Notes: generated from the sequence alone by a model not told the origin. DNA of 64,000 bases from an uncultured Candidatus Saccharibacteria bacterium (GCA_964387275.1 CAYLVW010000003.1:45796-109795); one strand, 5' to 3'; positions 42,595 to 52,709 are shown, numbered from the stretch's first letter. Numbers and translations: made by a program.

Positions 42595-42626
42595 GGGGCG
42601 GCCTTTTTCATGAAAAAGGCCGCCCC
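42595..42626. terminator. Bidirectional rho-independent terminator (perfect palindrome)
   Basis: 'ggggcggcc tttttcatgaaaaa ggccgcccc'. 9-bp GC stem with an A/T run on either strand. Confidence 0.7.
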
Positions 42627-42665
42627 CAACACCCAAACAACAAAACCAGCCATATTGTGACAAAA

Positions 42666-43013
42666 TCAAAAAGAAATAGAAACAGTGAGATAAGTCGGTG
42701 TTGAAAACTTAACATCAAAAACATAGCATTGAGAGTTTAAAGCCCTCATAAAATCCCCATACAACAAGTCATAGTCACCGAAAACTCTCTTAAGAAGAGT
42801 GGAAACGACATAAATAGTATTCCATAAACACATATTCCTGTAGATGCTTTCTGGTATACCAGCTTCTAGCTGTCGTTCAGAATTAATATAACCTACAGTA
42901 ATAGTTGTAACCTTGCCACTCTTTACCAAGTCAAAAAAACTAGGAGTAAGTTCTAATTTAAACCTAGGCAACATAGTATCGAAAAGGGACAAACTTCCTG
43001 TTCCGAGTGTCAT
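42666..43013 (-). CDS. Hypothetical protein
   Basis: 115 aa with no motif. Downstream of the AT-rich region. Confidence 0.4.
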   Translation of the reverse strand: MTLGTGSLSLFDTMLPRFKLELTPSFFDLVKSGKVTTITVGYINSERQLEAGIPESIYRNMCLWNTIYVVSTLLKRVFGDYDLLYGDFMRALNSQCYVFDVKFSTPTYLTVSISF

Positions 43014-43019
43014 ACTAAG

Positions 43020-43989
43020 ATGCCTCCTTTAGGCATAGTTCTTTCTCCGTCTACGATTTACAGTTTATACCACCCAGAGTCGTAGCGAGTCAAATGATTC
43101 AGCATACCTATTAATAATAATAATCGATCCTGGGGCATTCTAGAGGCCATATGCCAGAATTTGTTGCTACTACAAGTAAAACAAGCCTTTACATGTCCCA
43201 TATAGTGTATAGAGAACTAAATAAGGAGGAGTCTAGTCATTAAAAAGCAAAACTAGCGGCAAGGGAAAACTATAGTGATAGACAAAATAGGGAATAAATA
43301 AAAAACTAAAATAATTTTTCAAATTTTTTTATCTTACAAATAAATTACTTCGCCAAAATAAAAACTAAAAATAAAATATAGACTAATTTTTAGAGAGAAG
43401 CGCACTTTACTAGATATCTGAAACGTCGTTAAATGTATGTTTAACGACATTGAATTACATTTTAGGCCTTACTACAGTAACTAAAGAGATTCACAGGTAA
43501 AAAGAGAAGAGTTAGTAATCGGACAGTAATTTAATCCCGAATTTCACTAAATTAATCACTATAAAAAAATATTTAAATAAATAATAAATATATTATTAGT
43601 TTCTTAACCAGGCTCAACACCACAGCTTAAGTGATTGGGTTTGATATACCGCAGTCCTACATATCCACAAAGTCTACTCCCTGCACAGGTGGATATTACC
43701 TAAATTAGAATCAAAAATCATGGGTTTTTGTTGTTATATTAACCTAAAGAGGCATAACTATGACAAACCTCCATAAAAACTATGACAATCCTACAATGGT
43801 CATTAGAATATTATTATGACAAACGTACAACTATAGGTTAGCAGACTACCCTATAGTATGCTACCCTGCTTCTCTGTCCCATACTGTAACCCGAAAAATT
43901 ACCCAACAAATAATTACTCAATAATTCCCTTTTTATTGCAGTGAAAAGGAAAATAAAAACTCACGATATATTTTTTATAAATATTAAGC
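43020..43989. promoter_or_regulatory. 970-bp AT-rich ORF-free region with DnaA-box-like motifs and short direct repeats
   Basis: No ORF of 60 aa or more. 'atatccaca' at 43661 and 'ggtggatat' at 43688. Three copies of 'tatgacaa(a/t)c' at 43759, 43781 and 43815. Long A/T tracts. Confidence 0.4.
43444..43470. repeat. Direct repeat copy B (pseudo 5' end of xer, 'MSLN...')
   Basis: The reverse complement encodes 'MSLNIH...', mirroring the Xer N-terminus 'MSLNSIQ'. Contains the palindrome 'gtcgttaaatgtatgtttaacgac'. Confidence 0.55.
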
Positions 43990-44814
43990 TTAAGGATTAA
44001 ACACTAAAAGAATTGCCAAAAAGGTTGCGGTTATTACAAGATGCTGCACTATAAGATTCATAGTCACATTGTTTTTTAGTGTTTCAGAAACATAATTTAA
44101 GCAAAACATAAACACAGAGGCCACAAATATTGATCTTAGAAAGGATTCTGTAGGGATAAAAGATACCGCAAGTCCAGAGAAAAAGACAAAAAACATTGTG
44201 AAAATTACAAGGCTGGACTTCTCTCCTCTGGATAAATTCTTGTGAGAATCTTCGAAAGAGTATGACCATATGAGATACATGACAAGAGAGGCAGATGATA
44301 ACGATGCTATAAAATTCTGCACTATAGCATTAACATTTATCTTAAAAACTGATGCAAAGAATGGAATAGTTAAAGAGATTAACAAAATCTGCATCCAAGT
44401 CAGTGCAGCCCTGTACAATGGGATGCTCTCACTTCTCTCTTCAATCACTAAAAAAATATTGTTAATAAGCGATGCTATGTATAACGCAATAAAAAATAAA
44501 ATAACCAAAGTAATTTTGATGTAGATACTTAGATTTGGAAAGTAGTAAAAAGAGCCTAAAACACCAACAGTCAGATGAAAAGGCATCAAAGAATGGGTTG
44601 AGAAATTTCTAAATGAAACTGAGGGAAACTGGATGATAAATACTCCAAGAATTGAACATGCAAGCGCTAAAAACGTGTACAAAACTCTATACTCAAAACT
44701 ACCCCCAAAAGCAAAAAGCAACACAAAAAGGCTCACTAAGGCTGAGTAAATAGTAAATCTTGCTTTTTTATCTACTTTTAGTAGACTTGCGTTTAGTTTT
44801 TGCTTTAACTTCAT
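43990..44814 (-). CDS. Hypothetical polytopic membrane protein
   Basis: About 8 TM segments. Overlaps the ruvC 3' end, so the start is uncertain. Confidence 0.45.
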   Translation of the reverse strand: MKLKQKLNASLLKVDKKARFTIYSALVSLFVLLFAFGGSFEYRVLYTFLALACSILGVFIIQFPSVSFRNFSTHSLMPFHLTVGVLGSFYYFPNLSIYIKITLVILFFIALYIASLINNIFLVIEERSESIPLYRAALTWMQILLISLTIPFFASVFKINVNAIVQNFIASLSSASLVMYLIWSYSFEDSHKNLSRGEKSSLVIFTMFFVFFSGLAVSFIPTESFLRSIFVASVFMFCLNYVSETLKNNVTMNLIVQHLVITATFLAILLVFNP

Positions 44815-45292
44815 AATCTCCTGTTGTTTTTTTTAAATGACACAGTGCCATAGCAACAGCATCATTCTCATCATCAGATTTAATAATCTCTTTAAGAAAG
44901 AGGTGCTTTTGAACTGAGTTTTGCATGTCTTTCTTATCCGCTCTTCCATAACCAGTTAGTACTAACTTAGCTTGGAGGGCTGTATACTCATAAACTTTCA
45001 TATTATTCGTGGATGCTGCAAGTAAAGAGATCCCTCTTGCCTGACCCACATTTATCGCGGTCTTTGCATTAGTATTAAAAAATAGCTGTTCAATAACCAT
45101 AATATCGGGCTTGTGGTTATCAATAATCTGAGTTATTTCTTTAAAAAGTTTGGCCAATCTATCTGGAGTTTCCATATCTACTGTTGTAATAAGTACCGTG
45201 GAGTGAAGAAGCTTTGGTTTGGATGGTCTACTTACATCTAAAACAGCACAACCCATCCTAGCAGTACCAGGATCAATTCCAAGAATCTTCAT
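44768..45292 (-). CDS. ruvC: Holliday junction resolvase RuvC
   Basis: 'ILGIDPGTARMGCAVLD' RuvC N-terminus. 174 aa. Confidence 0.85.
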   Translation of the reverse strand: MKILGIDPGTARMGCAVLDVSRPSKPKLLHSTVLITTVDMETPDRLAKLFKEITQIIDNHKPDIMVIEQLFFNTNAKTAINVGQARGISLLAASTNNMKVYEYTALQAKLVLTGYGRADKKDMQNSVQKHLFLKEIIKSDDENDAVAMALCHLKKTTGDYEVKAKTKRKSTKSR

Positions 45293-45846
45293 TACTCCTG
45301 CCCTTCTTCTATTATTTTAAAATTATAGAAGACTTCCTGCACATCATCGTGATCTTCCAAAGCCTGAACAAAATCAAAAAGTTTATCCGAAGTCTCAGCA
45401 TCAGTGACTTCCATACTAAAAACAGGGTTTTTTGGATCGGATCCGAATATATACCCGACACTGCCTGGTGTACCCAAATTACCACCATGCCTACTAAATA
45501 TAGTTCTTAACTCAGCAACAGTTCTGTTTCTATTATCTGTAACAGCTTCAACCATAAATGCAAAGCCACCAGGGCCAAATCCTTCGTAGGTGACCTCCTC
45601 AATATGCTCCCCAGACAACTTACCCGTACCCTTGTCTATTGCCTTTTCGATGTTCTCTTTAGGCATTCGGTTTTCTTTAGCCTTCTCAACCGCAAGTCTT
45701 AGGGCTGGGTTTGAATCTAAATCACCGCCACCCTTTTTTGCTGCAACAGTAATAAGCCTGCTAAGCTTAGAAAATACCTGACCTCTTTTAGAGTCGTTGG
45801 CTGCTTTATCTCTTTTTATTGTTGCCCATTTCGAATGACCGCTCAT
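45292..45846 (-). CDS. yebC: YebC/PmpR family regulator (short)
   Basis: '[22 protein letters not shown]' family signature. 184 aa against a typical length near 240. Confidence 0.8.
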   Translation of the reverse strand: MSGHSKWATIKRDKAANDSKRGQVFSKLSRLITVAAKKGGGDLDSNPALRLAVEKAKENRMPKENIEKAIDKGTGKLSGEHIEEVTYEGFGPGGFAFMVEAVTDNRNRTVAELRTIFSRHGGNLGTPGSVGYIFGSDPKNPVFSMEVTDAETSDKLFDFVQALEDHDDVQEVFYNFKIIEEGQE

Positions 45847-45889
45847 AGCAGTAAAATTCTACCAAAACTTCCCTATCCTAACAAACAAC

Positions 45890-46603
45890 TTGCTTTTACC
45901 AATATATTTTGTTAACTTCTTACTCATGCAAAATTCAAGTATTATCGGACTAGAGAAAAAAGCTATTGATTTCGCACTAAACGCCAATTGGGAAGGAGCA
46001 GTTGAAATAAATCAACAAATACTGACCAGGGATCCGGATAACGTAGATGCAATGCTAAGGCTTGGTAAGGCTTACCTACAAACTAAAGAGTTTAATAAAG
46101 CAAAAAAAATGTTTAAAGAGGTCTTGAGCATTGATCCAATCAACTCCACGGCTCAAAAAAACCTCAAGCTGGCAACAGAAAAAAAATCTGAAAAACGAGT
46201 ACTACACTCCCTAAACTCAAACTCATTAATAATCGAACCAGGCACTTCAACTGAAGTAAAATTTGAAATTACCGCTAAAAGAGTGTTCTCTGAGGACTTC
46301 ACACCGGGAGAAAAATTCGGCCATAAGATAGAAAAAAACGGCATAAATGTGATCCGCCACAAAGAAGATGAAGATATTGAACTTGGAATAATAAACGGAG
46401 ATGTTGTGCAAAAATTACAATGGGCAAAAAGTCAAAATGCCAAAATTGAAGTCTACTTTGTAGGTGGAAAAGAAAAAATCATGGAAGTATTGGTCAAATG
46501 CTCTGTTCCGGTATTCAAGGGCGAAAAACAAGATATAAAACCTTACATTAAAAAAGATTCTATAGACGAACCAGAACTTGAGCTCCCAGAGACAGAAGAG
46601 TAG
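45890..46603 (+). CDS. TPR-repeat-containing hypothetical protein
   Basis: TPR-like helices ('AMLRLGKAYLQTKEFNKAKKMFKEVLSIDP'). Confidence 0.45.
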   Translation: MLLPIYFVNFLLMQNSSIIGLEKKAIDFALNANWEGAVEINQQILTRDPDNVDAMLRLGKAYLQTKEFNKAKKMFKEVLSIDPINSTAQKNLKLATEKKSEKRVLHSLNSNSLIIEPGTSTEVKFEITAKRVFSEDFTPGEKFGHKIEKNGINVIRHKEDEDIELGIINGDVVQKLQWAKSQNAKIEVYFVGGKEKIMEVLVKCSVPVFKGEKQDIKPYIKKDSIDEPELELPETEE

Positions 46604-46610
46604 CTTATAT

Positions 46611-47468
46611 CTATCTTAAATCATCTAAATCAGCCAAATCCTTAGTAGTTTCATTAGGAAGTGCAACAATTTTGGGCTTTACCTCATTTACTACTTTTAC
46701 TGGTTTTTTTTCTTCGACGGATGGGTTCGGTTTTGGCTTTGCTCTAGAAACACTAGATACTACTGCAGTAGTGGGTTTAGAGGCAGGATGACCTCCACCG
46801 ACACCTTTAAAACTCTGCCCCTGCTTTTTAACCAAAGAAGGTTTTGGTAAAGAATTGCTTTCAGATTTTTGAGTTATAACTGCGGGTGCTTCAGACTTTA
46901 CTACCTTATTAAATGCAGCAAATGGAGCAGATAAATTAGACTCTGGCAATACCACATCAATTAAATCGTTTAGCTTTACCTGATTAAACTCAATAGCTCT
47001 ATCTAGAAGTAAATGAGACCCAGCTTCGGTAAGAACATGCCATTTCCCTTCTTTTTTTGTAACAACACCCTCAAGATTTTTCCTTGCTACTTTTTCAATT
47101 TGTTTAAATACTTTCTTCCCATCTTCCTCAATAATTTTCAAAATATCTCCGTAGACTAATCTGGATTTAGCAGCATAATTGGAGGGAACCTCATGCTTAG
47201 AGCCATCTGAGGCAATAATGTATTTGCCATCGTACTTCCCCTCAACGCCCGGCATAGATTTGTAATCCTTTCTCTCCATAATAGCCTCCATTACATCTTT
47301 TGCGGAATCTAAAGCACGCTCAGCTGCATCAACTAGCTTCTTTAATTTGTTTAATTGGCTTTTTAGATTGGGGTCTTTGAGATCTACAGTTAGATCTTCT
47401 TTGTTTAAAACAATACTTGTATCTGCGTCAGATGCAGTATTTTGCGATAAATTTATTGTATCTGTCAT
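46611..47468 (-). CDS. Hypothetical protein with a Lys/Pro-rich C-terminal tail
   Basis: No motif. C-terminus 'KPKPNPSVEEKKPVKVVNEVKPK'. Downstream of the large ATPase. Confidence 0.4.
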   Translation of the reverse strand: MTDTINLSQNTASDADTSIVLNKEDLTVDLKDPNLKSQLNKLKKLVDAAERALDSAKDVMEAIMERKDYKSMPGVEGKYDGKYIIASDGSKHEVPSNYAAKSRLVYGDILKIIEEDGKKVFKQIEKVARKNLEGVVTKKEGKWHVLTEAGSHLLLDRAIEFNQVKLNDLIDVVLPESNLSAPFAAFNKVVKSEAPAVITQKSESNSLPKPSLVKKQGQSFKGVGGGHPASKPTTAVVSSVSRAKPKPNPSVEEKKPVKVVNEVKPKIVALPNETTKDLADLDDLR

Positions 47469-47615
47469 ATTTGCTCCTTTAATTAATGAGGTTCCGAGAA
47501 ATAAAATTTTCGGTACCTTCTTTTCTTGCGGGTGAAAGACCTCTCTTTCATATCTAGATTAAAACCTAAACTCTTTACCCGCTACGAAAATAAAATTTGA
47601 CTAACAAAATTATAA

Positions 47616-50186
47616 CTAATGATTGGCGGTTCCCGCAAATCTGGAAGAATCAGAGCCTCCTGAAACACTTCTAGACCCATCTGAAGGCTTTCTATCCTTA
47701 GCTTCCTGAGCAAGAGCTAATCCCTTATCAAAATTAGTTTCAACCCACTTATTTATTTTTTCTTCGACATAAATTCTATCAGTACCATACTTCTCCCTAC
47801 TTCTTGCAATTACCTTCTCCTTATTAGGGGTATTATTTATTATGTTGGAGCCAGATTCCCAAGGCAAAAGTATTCGTGCAGAAAAAGGCAAAGACGTCAT
47901 ACCATCTATCATAAGCTTGATATAAATGTTAAATCTCTCAAGCGATATAATATCACTTTGATCAAAATATGGCGCAAACTCGTTAGCTAATACCTTAGCA
48001 TCTGGAGCACCCAAAGAAAATGTTGCTATGGTACCGACATTACCAAAAACTGCTTTTAGTAAGTTCTCTGGCAACTGGTCTGTAAATTGGTGTGTCAAAT
48101 ACAAACCAAGTCCGTATTTTCGGGACTCTGATAATATTTCTTCAAAACTACCTGTTGCAAAATTTTGAAATTCATCAACATATAAGTAAAAGGGCCTTCT
48201 CTCTTTATAGGGTATCTTGGCTCTTTGTAAAGCCATAAACTGAATTCTAGAAACTAGTAAAGCTCCCAAAAGATTAGAGTTATCTGTACCTATCTTACCT
48301 TTGGATAAATTCATCAAAACAATCTTGCCGTTATTCATAGCTTCCCATAGATTTATTGTAGATTTTCGCTGTCCTAGAATATTTCTAATAGTTGTGGAAG
48401 CTAAAAACCTATTTACCTTGTTTTGGATAGGAGCTATGGCTTCTGTCGCAAATTTCTGATTTCCCTTTAGGTTTTTAAACTCGGTCTCCCAAAACCTAAG
48501 CACTACTGGATCCTTAACATAGTGGAGTATATACTTCCTGTAGTTATCATCCTCAAGCAATCTAGTTATGCCAAGTAGTGTGGTTCCAGGAACCTCCAGT
48601 AACGTCAAAATTGCGTAGTTAAGTAAATATTCCAATCTAGGACCCCAAGAAAAATCAAAATGGTGTTTAATAGCAGATACAAGGGCAGAAGCCATAATAT
48701 TTTTCTGAGAAGGGTCTTCCATTTCAAGCAGATTTAACCCTATGGGACGTTCTGTATCTGATGGGTCAAAGTAAATTACATCCTCGATTCTATTATCTGG
48801 AATGTGTTCTAAAACCTTATCTATAGTCTCACCATGAGGATCCAACACCCCAACGCCCGCACCATTTTGAATGTCCTGTGTGATCATGGTTTCGAGCAAT
48901 GTAGACTTACCTGTACCAGATTTACCAATTAGGTACATGTGCCTCAATCTATCATCGGTATTAGCCATCCCAAATCTAACCTTTGAACTTCTATACATAG
49001 TTTCTCCCATATAATTACAATCTGTAATTGGCAATGTTGACGGAGGTTCTGCTTTTTTTGAGTGTATCCAGGAAATATTTGGTGTTTCGACCTTATTAGA
49101 TGGCATATGATAGAGAGTTGCAAGCTCTTCAACATTCATAACAACAGCTCTCTCATCCTCGTACTGCCTCTTTATATAAGCATCTAGAGCATAATTTCTA
49201 TCATGTGATATTGTAGAAACAAACGCATTAGAAGATGTACTGGTAAACTGCTTTAAAGAAGCTACAACAGATCTGAGATTAGAAACTACCCTATCTTGGG
49301 TATTAGAAGAGGACATAACTCTAATAACAACCTTATAACCCATCTTGGCTAACTTATTCTCAATCCCACTTAACTCATTTTCCTGAACTGGAGTAAGTTT
49401 TGGAGGCCCAGCCGGCTTTACTGAAGCCACAGGCTTACCAAACCTATCAACCTCGGCGTTGTATCTAAAAGGCGATATAGCTATATTGGAAGCTAAATCC
49501 AGCATTTCCTTACCAATAGATCCCGCAAATTCAGCAAAAGGGTTGCTACCAGAGCTTTTCTTTAGATCTACCCCTTCCCTTATAGCGTTTGTATATTTGT
49601 AACCGTCATTTTGCCAAGTATCAGGAGTGGGTCTAACTAATACCTGCATCCACAAACTCTCTTCACCAAGCACTTCAGAAAAAGAAGAAGTTAACCCAGA
49701 TAATGGATCAGTCTCAAAATCTCTGAAAGTTTTTATTGGGAAAAAATCTGGTTTTGAAAAACTAAGGTAGCTTACCTCAAAAAAAGAATCACGGGGCGTA
49801 TATTTCTCAGTATAATCTGAAACAGGTATTAATTGAGCTGTGGGGTATTGAGCATAAAGCTGACTTTCTACAAATTTAATGGCGGATGGAGGGGCTGTAA
49901 AATAAAACTTCAAGCCTTCTCTACCAGTAGATACAATCTCAAAAGAAATGTTCTCCTGAACTATGGAGTCCTCCCTAAGAAGACCGTGTAAGGATGCGAA
50001 CATATTTTCTGCAGAAAGTGGGGAGGTTTCTAGTTGATTTTCATCAATTTTAGGTACGCGGATTTCAAAAACTTCAAAGGCACCGGAATTAGAAGCTGAG
50101 GTATCGATTTTAGAACCAAATCGTTTAAACGCTATAAAACCCCCGGTCAAGGCTATAAGACTAAAAACTATAAAATATATTGCCAT
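47616..50186 (-). CDS. Membrane-anchored P-loop ATPase of the HerA/FtsK/TraD (DUF87-like) superfamily with a large N-terminal domain of unknown function
   Basis: N-terminal TM. About 400 aa with no motif. 'RHMYLIGKSGTGKST' Walker A, 'VLDPHGE' and 'FYLYVDEFQNF' Walker B. 856 aa. Confidence 0.6.
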   Translation of the reverse strand: MAIYFIVFSLIALTGGFIAFKRFGSKIDTSASNSGAFEVFEIRVPKIDENQLETSPLSAENMFASLHGLLREDSIVQENISFEIVSTGREGLKFYFTAPPSAIKFVESQLYAQYPTAQLIPVSDYTEKYTPRDSFFEVSYLSFSKPDFFPIKTFRDFETDPLSGLTSSFSEVLGEESLWMQVLVRPTPDTWQNDGYKYTNAIREGVDLKKSSGSNPFAEFAGSIGKEMLDLASNIAISPFRYNAEVDRFGKPVASVKPAGPPKLTPVQENELSGIENKLAKMGYKVVIRVMSSSNTQDRVVSNLRSVVASLKQFTSTSSNAFVSTISHDRNYALDAYIKRQYEDERAVVMNVEELATLYHMPSNKVETPNISWIHSKKAEPPSTLPITDCNYMGETMYRSSKVRFGMANTDDRLRHMYLIGKSGTGKSTLLETMITQDIQNGAGVGVLDPHGETIDKVLEHIPDNRIEDVIYFDPSDTERPIGLNLLEMEDPSQKNIMASALVSAIKHHFDFSWGPRLEYLLNYAILTLLEVPGTTLLGITRLLEDDNYRKYILHYVKDPVVLRFWETEFKNLKGNQKFATEAIAPIQNKVNRFLASTTIRNILGQRKSTINLWEAMNNGKIVLMNLSKGKIGTDNSNLLGALLVSRIQFMALQRAKIPYKERRPFYLYVDEFQNFATGSFEEILSESRKYGLGLYLTHQFTDQLPENLLKAVFGNVGTIATFSLGAPDAKVLANEFAPYFDQSDIISLERFNIYIKLMIDGMTSLPFSARILLPWESGSNIINNTPNKEKVIARSREKYGTDRIYVEEKINKWVETNFDKGLALAQEAKDRKPSDGSRSVSGGSDSSRFAGTANH

Positions 50187-50325
50187 TTTTGCTCCTCCAT
50201 AAGCTTGTCATTAGGTACATGGTACCAATCTCTCTAAAAATTCTACTATAAATTAGAAACAATACCAGGTGCTGTTTTCAGTTATATAACAAGAAAAAAG
50301 CGACAGATATTAAATCACCCCCGTC

Positions 50326-50354
50326 CTAATTTTGGACGAGGGTGTAGAAAGGAG
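50326..50354 (-). terminator. Possible terminator after the LCP gene
   Basis: Imperfect hairpin 'cacccccgtcc'/'ggacgagggtg'. The T-run lies about 15 nt away. Confidence 0.3.
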
Positions 50355-50372
50355 AGAGACAATACAGTCATG

Positions 50373-51452
50373 TTAATATAACTCAGACGCTTTGTCAAAT
50401 CCTAATATCACAACAATATCTGACCTATCAAGCTCGGCATCACCTACACCCACAACTTGCTCTTTGGTCACTACCTTTGTAATACCAAAAGTATTTTGCA
50501 ACCACGAAACAGTCTCAGAACCCTTATTAGAAGTAATAATTAAGCTCTCTTGATAAAGAGCATCGGAGTTACCCACCGAAACAACACGCACGTTCATATT
50601 TTCTACAACCCTCGCTCCAAAACTAGCAAAACCTCCCTTACCAGATCCATTTAATACAGACACAGTTAATGCTTCATGCTCAACTGCAGAGTCAGAGTTG
50701 AAATCTCGTACAAAAGAATCCAAATCAGTTGGATCTGTTATGTAAGTTTCTGAAAAGTTATACTTATATACCCTTTCTTCAGGAAGCTGAGACAAAAACT
50801 TTTGCATCTCTAATAAATCCCTAATTGTCATGTCTGTTTTAACATTAGTCTGAAACTCTCTTATAGATTTCAAATTAGTTAAAGAGTTAATTAAACCCGT
50901 TTCAAACAATTTGTCCGCATTTTCAATGTAAGAACCATTAACTAGTATGAATTTATCGACCTTAAAACCAAATATCTTTGAGACACTCTTTCGTAAGAAC
51001 TCGGTTCCTTCACCCACAGTACTACCCTCGTTCATCATACCTACCCTAAAAGCCTTACCAATCTCCTCATCAGAAAGGTTTCCAGGCATATCAACTACAG
51101 TTTTTGGGTTTATTGTGTATATGACAAGCTTATTTGTATTTTTTTGAAATAAGTAATACTTAATTCCTAATACTTCAGCTTCTTTGTCATTTAATGAGCT
51201 AACATTTACCTGCATTAGGGTAAAAATATCCAAAGATGATAAATCCTGCGAGTTTGAAGAAAATGCTGACACAAAACTAGATTGAAAAGATTTATATAAT
51301 AGCCCTCCCCCAAGCACTAAGACACTAAGTGAAAAAATCCCAGTAAGTATTAAGGACGAAACAACAAGTCTGGCAGACTTAGAGCGTTTTAAAACGTCGA
51401 TGTGCAGGATACTTCGTTTTTTTCTAATTCTATAGGCAGGATTTTTGGGCAT
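50373..51452 (-). CDS. LytR-CpsA-Psr (LCP) family protein
   Basis: N-terminal TM and an LCP-like core with a C-terminal LytR_C-like segment ('ALTVSVLNGSGKGGFASFGARVVENMNVRVV'). Confidence 0.7.
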   Translation of the reverse strand: MPKNPAYRIRKKRSILHIDVLKRSKSARLVVSSLILTGIFSLSVLVLGGGLLYKSFQSSFVSAFSSNSQDLSSLDIFTLMQVNVSSLNDKEAEVLGIKYYLFQKNTNKLVIYTINPKTVVDMPGNLSDEEIGKAFRVGMMNEGSTVGEGTEFLRKSVSKIFGFKVDKFILVNGSYIENADKLFETGLINSLTNLKSIREFQTNVKTDMTIRDLLEMQKFLSQLPEERVYKYNFSETYITDPTDLDSFVRDFNSDSAVEHEALTVSVLNGSGKGGFASFGARVVENMNVRVVSVGNSDALYQESLIITSNKGSETVSWLQNTFGITKVVTKEQVVGVGDAELDRSDIVVILGFDKASELY

Positions 51453-51585
51453 AAATCGTGATTAATTATGAAATCTCCTGACTTATTTTGCAATAGTTTT
51501 TATTAAACACAAAAAGACTGTCCAGAAACTTGAGTAATTTTTATATACAAACCTACCAATAACGTTTTGTTAGCAATGTTCTCAG

Positions 51586-52314
51586 TTAGTGAAGATTAAA
51601 CTCTTGAGGAGTGGGAGCTACTAATTCTAACCTATCTCCTGTATGGGGGTGATTCAAAATTAAAGTGTTCGCATGAAGCATAAGTCGGTTAAATAATGGA
51701 AACACTTGTTCATATTGTTTTTTGGTCATATAAATATCATCGCCTGCCACAGGATGCCCTATCCCGACTAAATGTACCCTTATTTGATGTGTTCTTCCAG
51801 TTCTAGGAAAAATATTAAACATGGTGAAATGTAACCCAGAAATCTCAAAATTGCCAATATTCTCCAAACTGGTGAAGGCATCTTTTCCTTCTGGAGACAT
51901 AATCATTTTATATCTGTAATCCGGGTTGCGCATGATAGGCGCATCTATTTCGATTTTTTGCTCTAGTACCTTACCTAATACAAGAGCAATATACTTCTTC
52001 TGTACTTCTCTATCTCTAAACTGCTTCTGCAGGTTGATAAAAGAAGCTTCATCTTTTGCAACTACTATAACCCCAGAGGTTTGTTTGTCCAGTCGGTGTA
52101 CTATACCTGATCTTAATTTAAACTCATCAAATTCTATGTCTTCCTCAGAACGGTCTAAAGAAGAACTCAATTCCTCGAAAGGAGCGTTGTAATGCTCTAT
52201 TAAATAAGATTGTAAGGTAAAATCACCGGAACTTTTAGATTTATTTACTACAACCCCAACAGGCTTGTCAAAAACTACCAAATATTCATCTTCGTAGATT
52301 ACCGGGATTTTCAT
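51586..52314 (-). CDS. RluA-family pseudouridine synthase
   Basis: 'HRLDKQTSGVIVVAKD' catalytic Asp motif. No S4 domain. Confidence 0.8.
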   Translation of the reverse strand: MKIPVIYEDEYLVVFDKPVGVVVNKSKSSGDFTLQSYLIEHYNAPFEELSSSLDRSEEDIEFDEFKLRSGIVHRLDKQTSGVIVVAKDEASFINLQKQFRDREVQKKYIALVLGKVLEQKIEIDAPIMRNPDYRYKMIMSPEGKDAFTSLENIGNFEISGLHFTMFNIFPRTGRTHQIRVHLVGIGHPVAGDDIYMTKKQYEQVFPLFNRLMLHANTLILNHPHTGDRLELVAPTPQEFNLH

Positions 52315-52325
52315 TAAATGAAACT

Positions 52326-52709
52326 TTACTTAAAGTACGCTTTAACCTCATCAATTATCTTGTCAGGGGTTATTTCAGATTTTATTAAATAGCCATCGGC
52401 ACCAAGAGAAAATCCCTCGCTAATAATACTCTCACTATCTAGATTGGTTAGCAAGATGACAGGCTTAGCTTTTAGTTTATCATTTGACTTAATATGCTTG
52501 AGAATCTTCATACCGTCCTCACCAGGAAGCATTATATCTAAAAGTGCTAGATCCCATTCATCTGAAAATGCTCTTTTTAAACCAATGTCTCCGTCTTTTG
52601 CCTCTAAGACTTTGTAACCATTATCTCTTAAAACTTCAGCGTAGACCATTCTTATGTCAGAATCGTCTTCAACCAATAATATTATTTTTTCGTTATTTTG
52701 TGGTTCCAT
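52326..52709 (-). CDS. Stand-alone response-regulator receiver (CheY-like)
   Basis: 'ILLVEDDSDIR...LALLDIMLPGEDGMKIL...KPVILLT' with Asp and Lys in canonical positions. Confidence 0.75.
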   Translation of the reverse strand: MEPQNNEKIILLVEDDSDIRMVYAEVLRDNGYKVLEAKDGDIGLKRAFSDEWDLALLDIMLPGEDGMKILKHIKSNDKLKAKPVILLTNLDSESIISEGFSLGADGYLIKSEITPDKIIDEVKAYFK

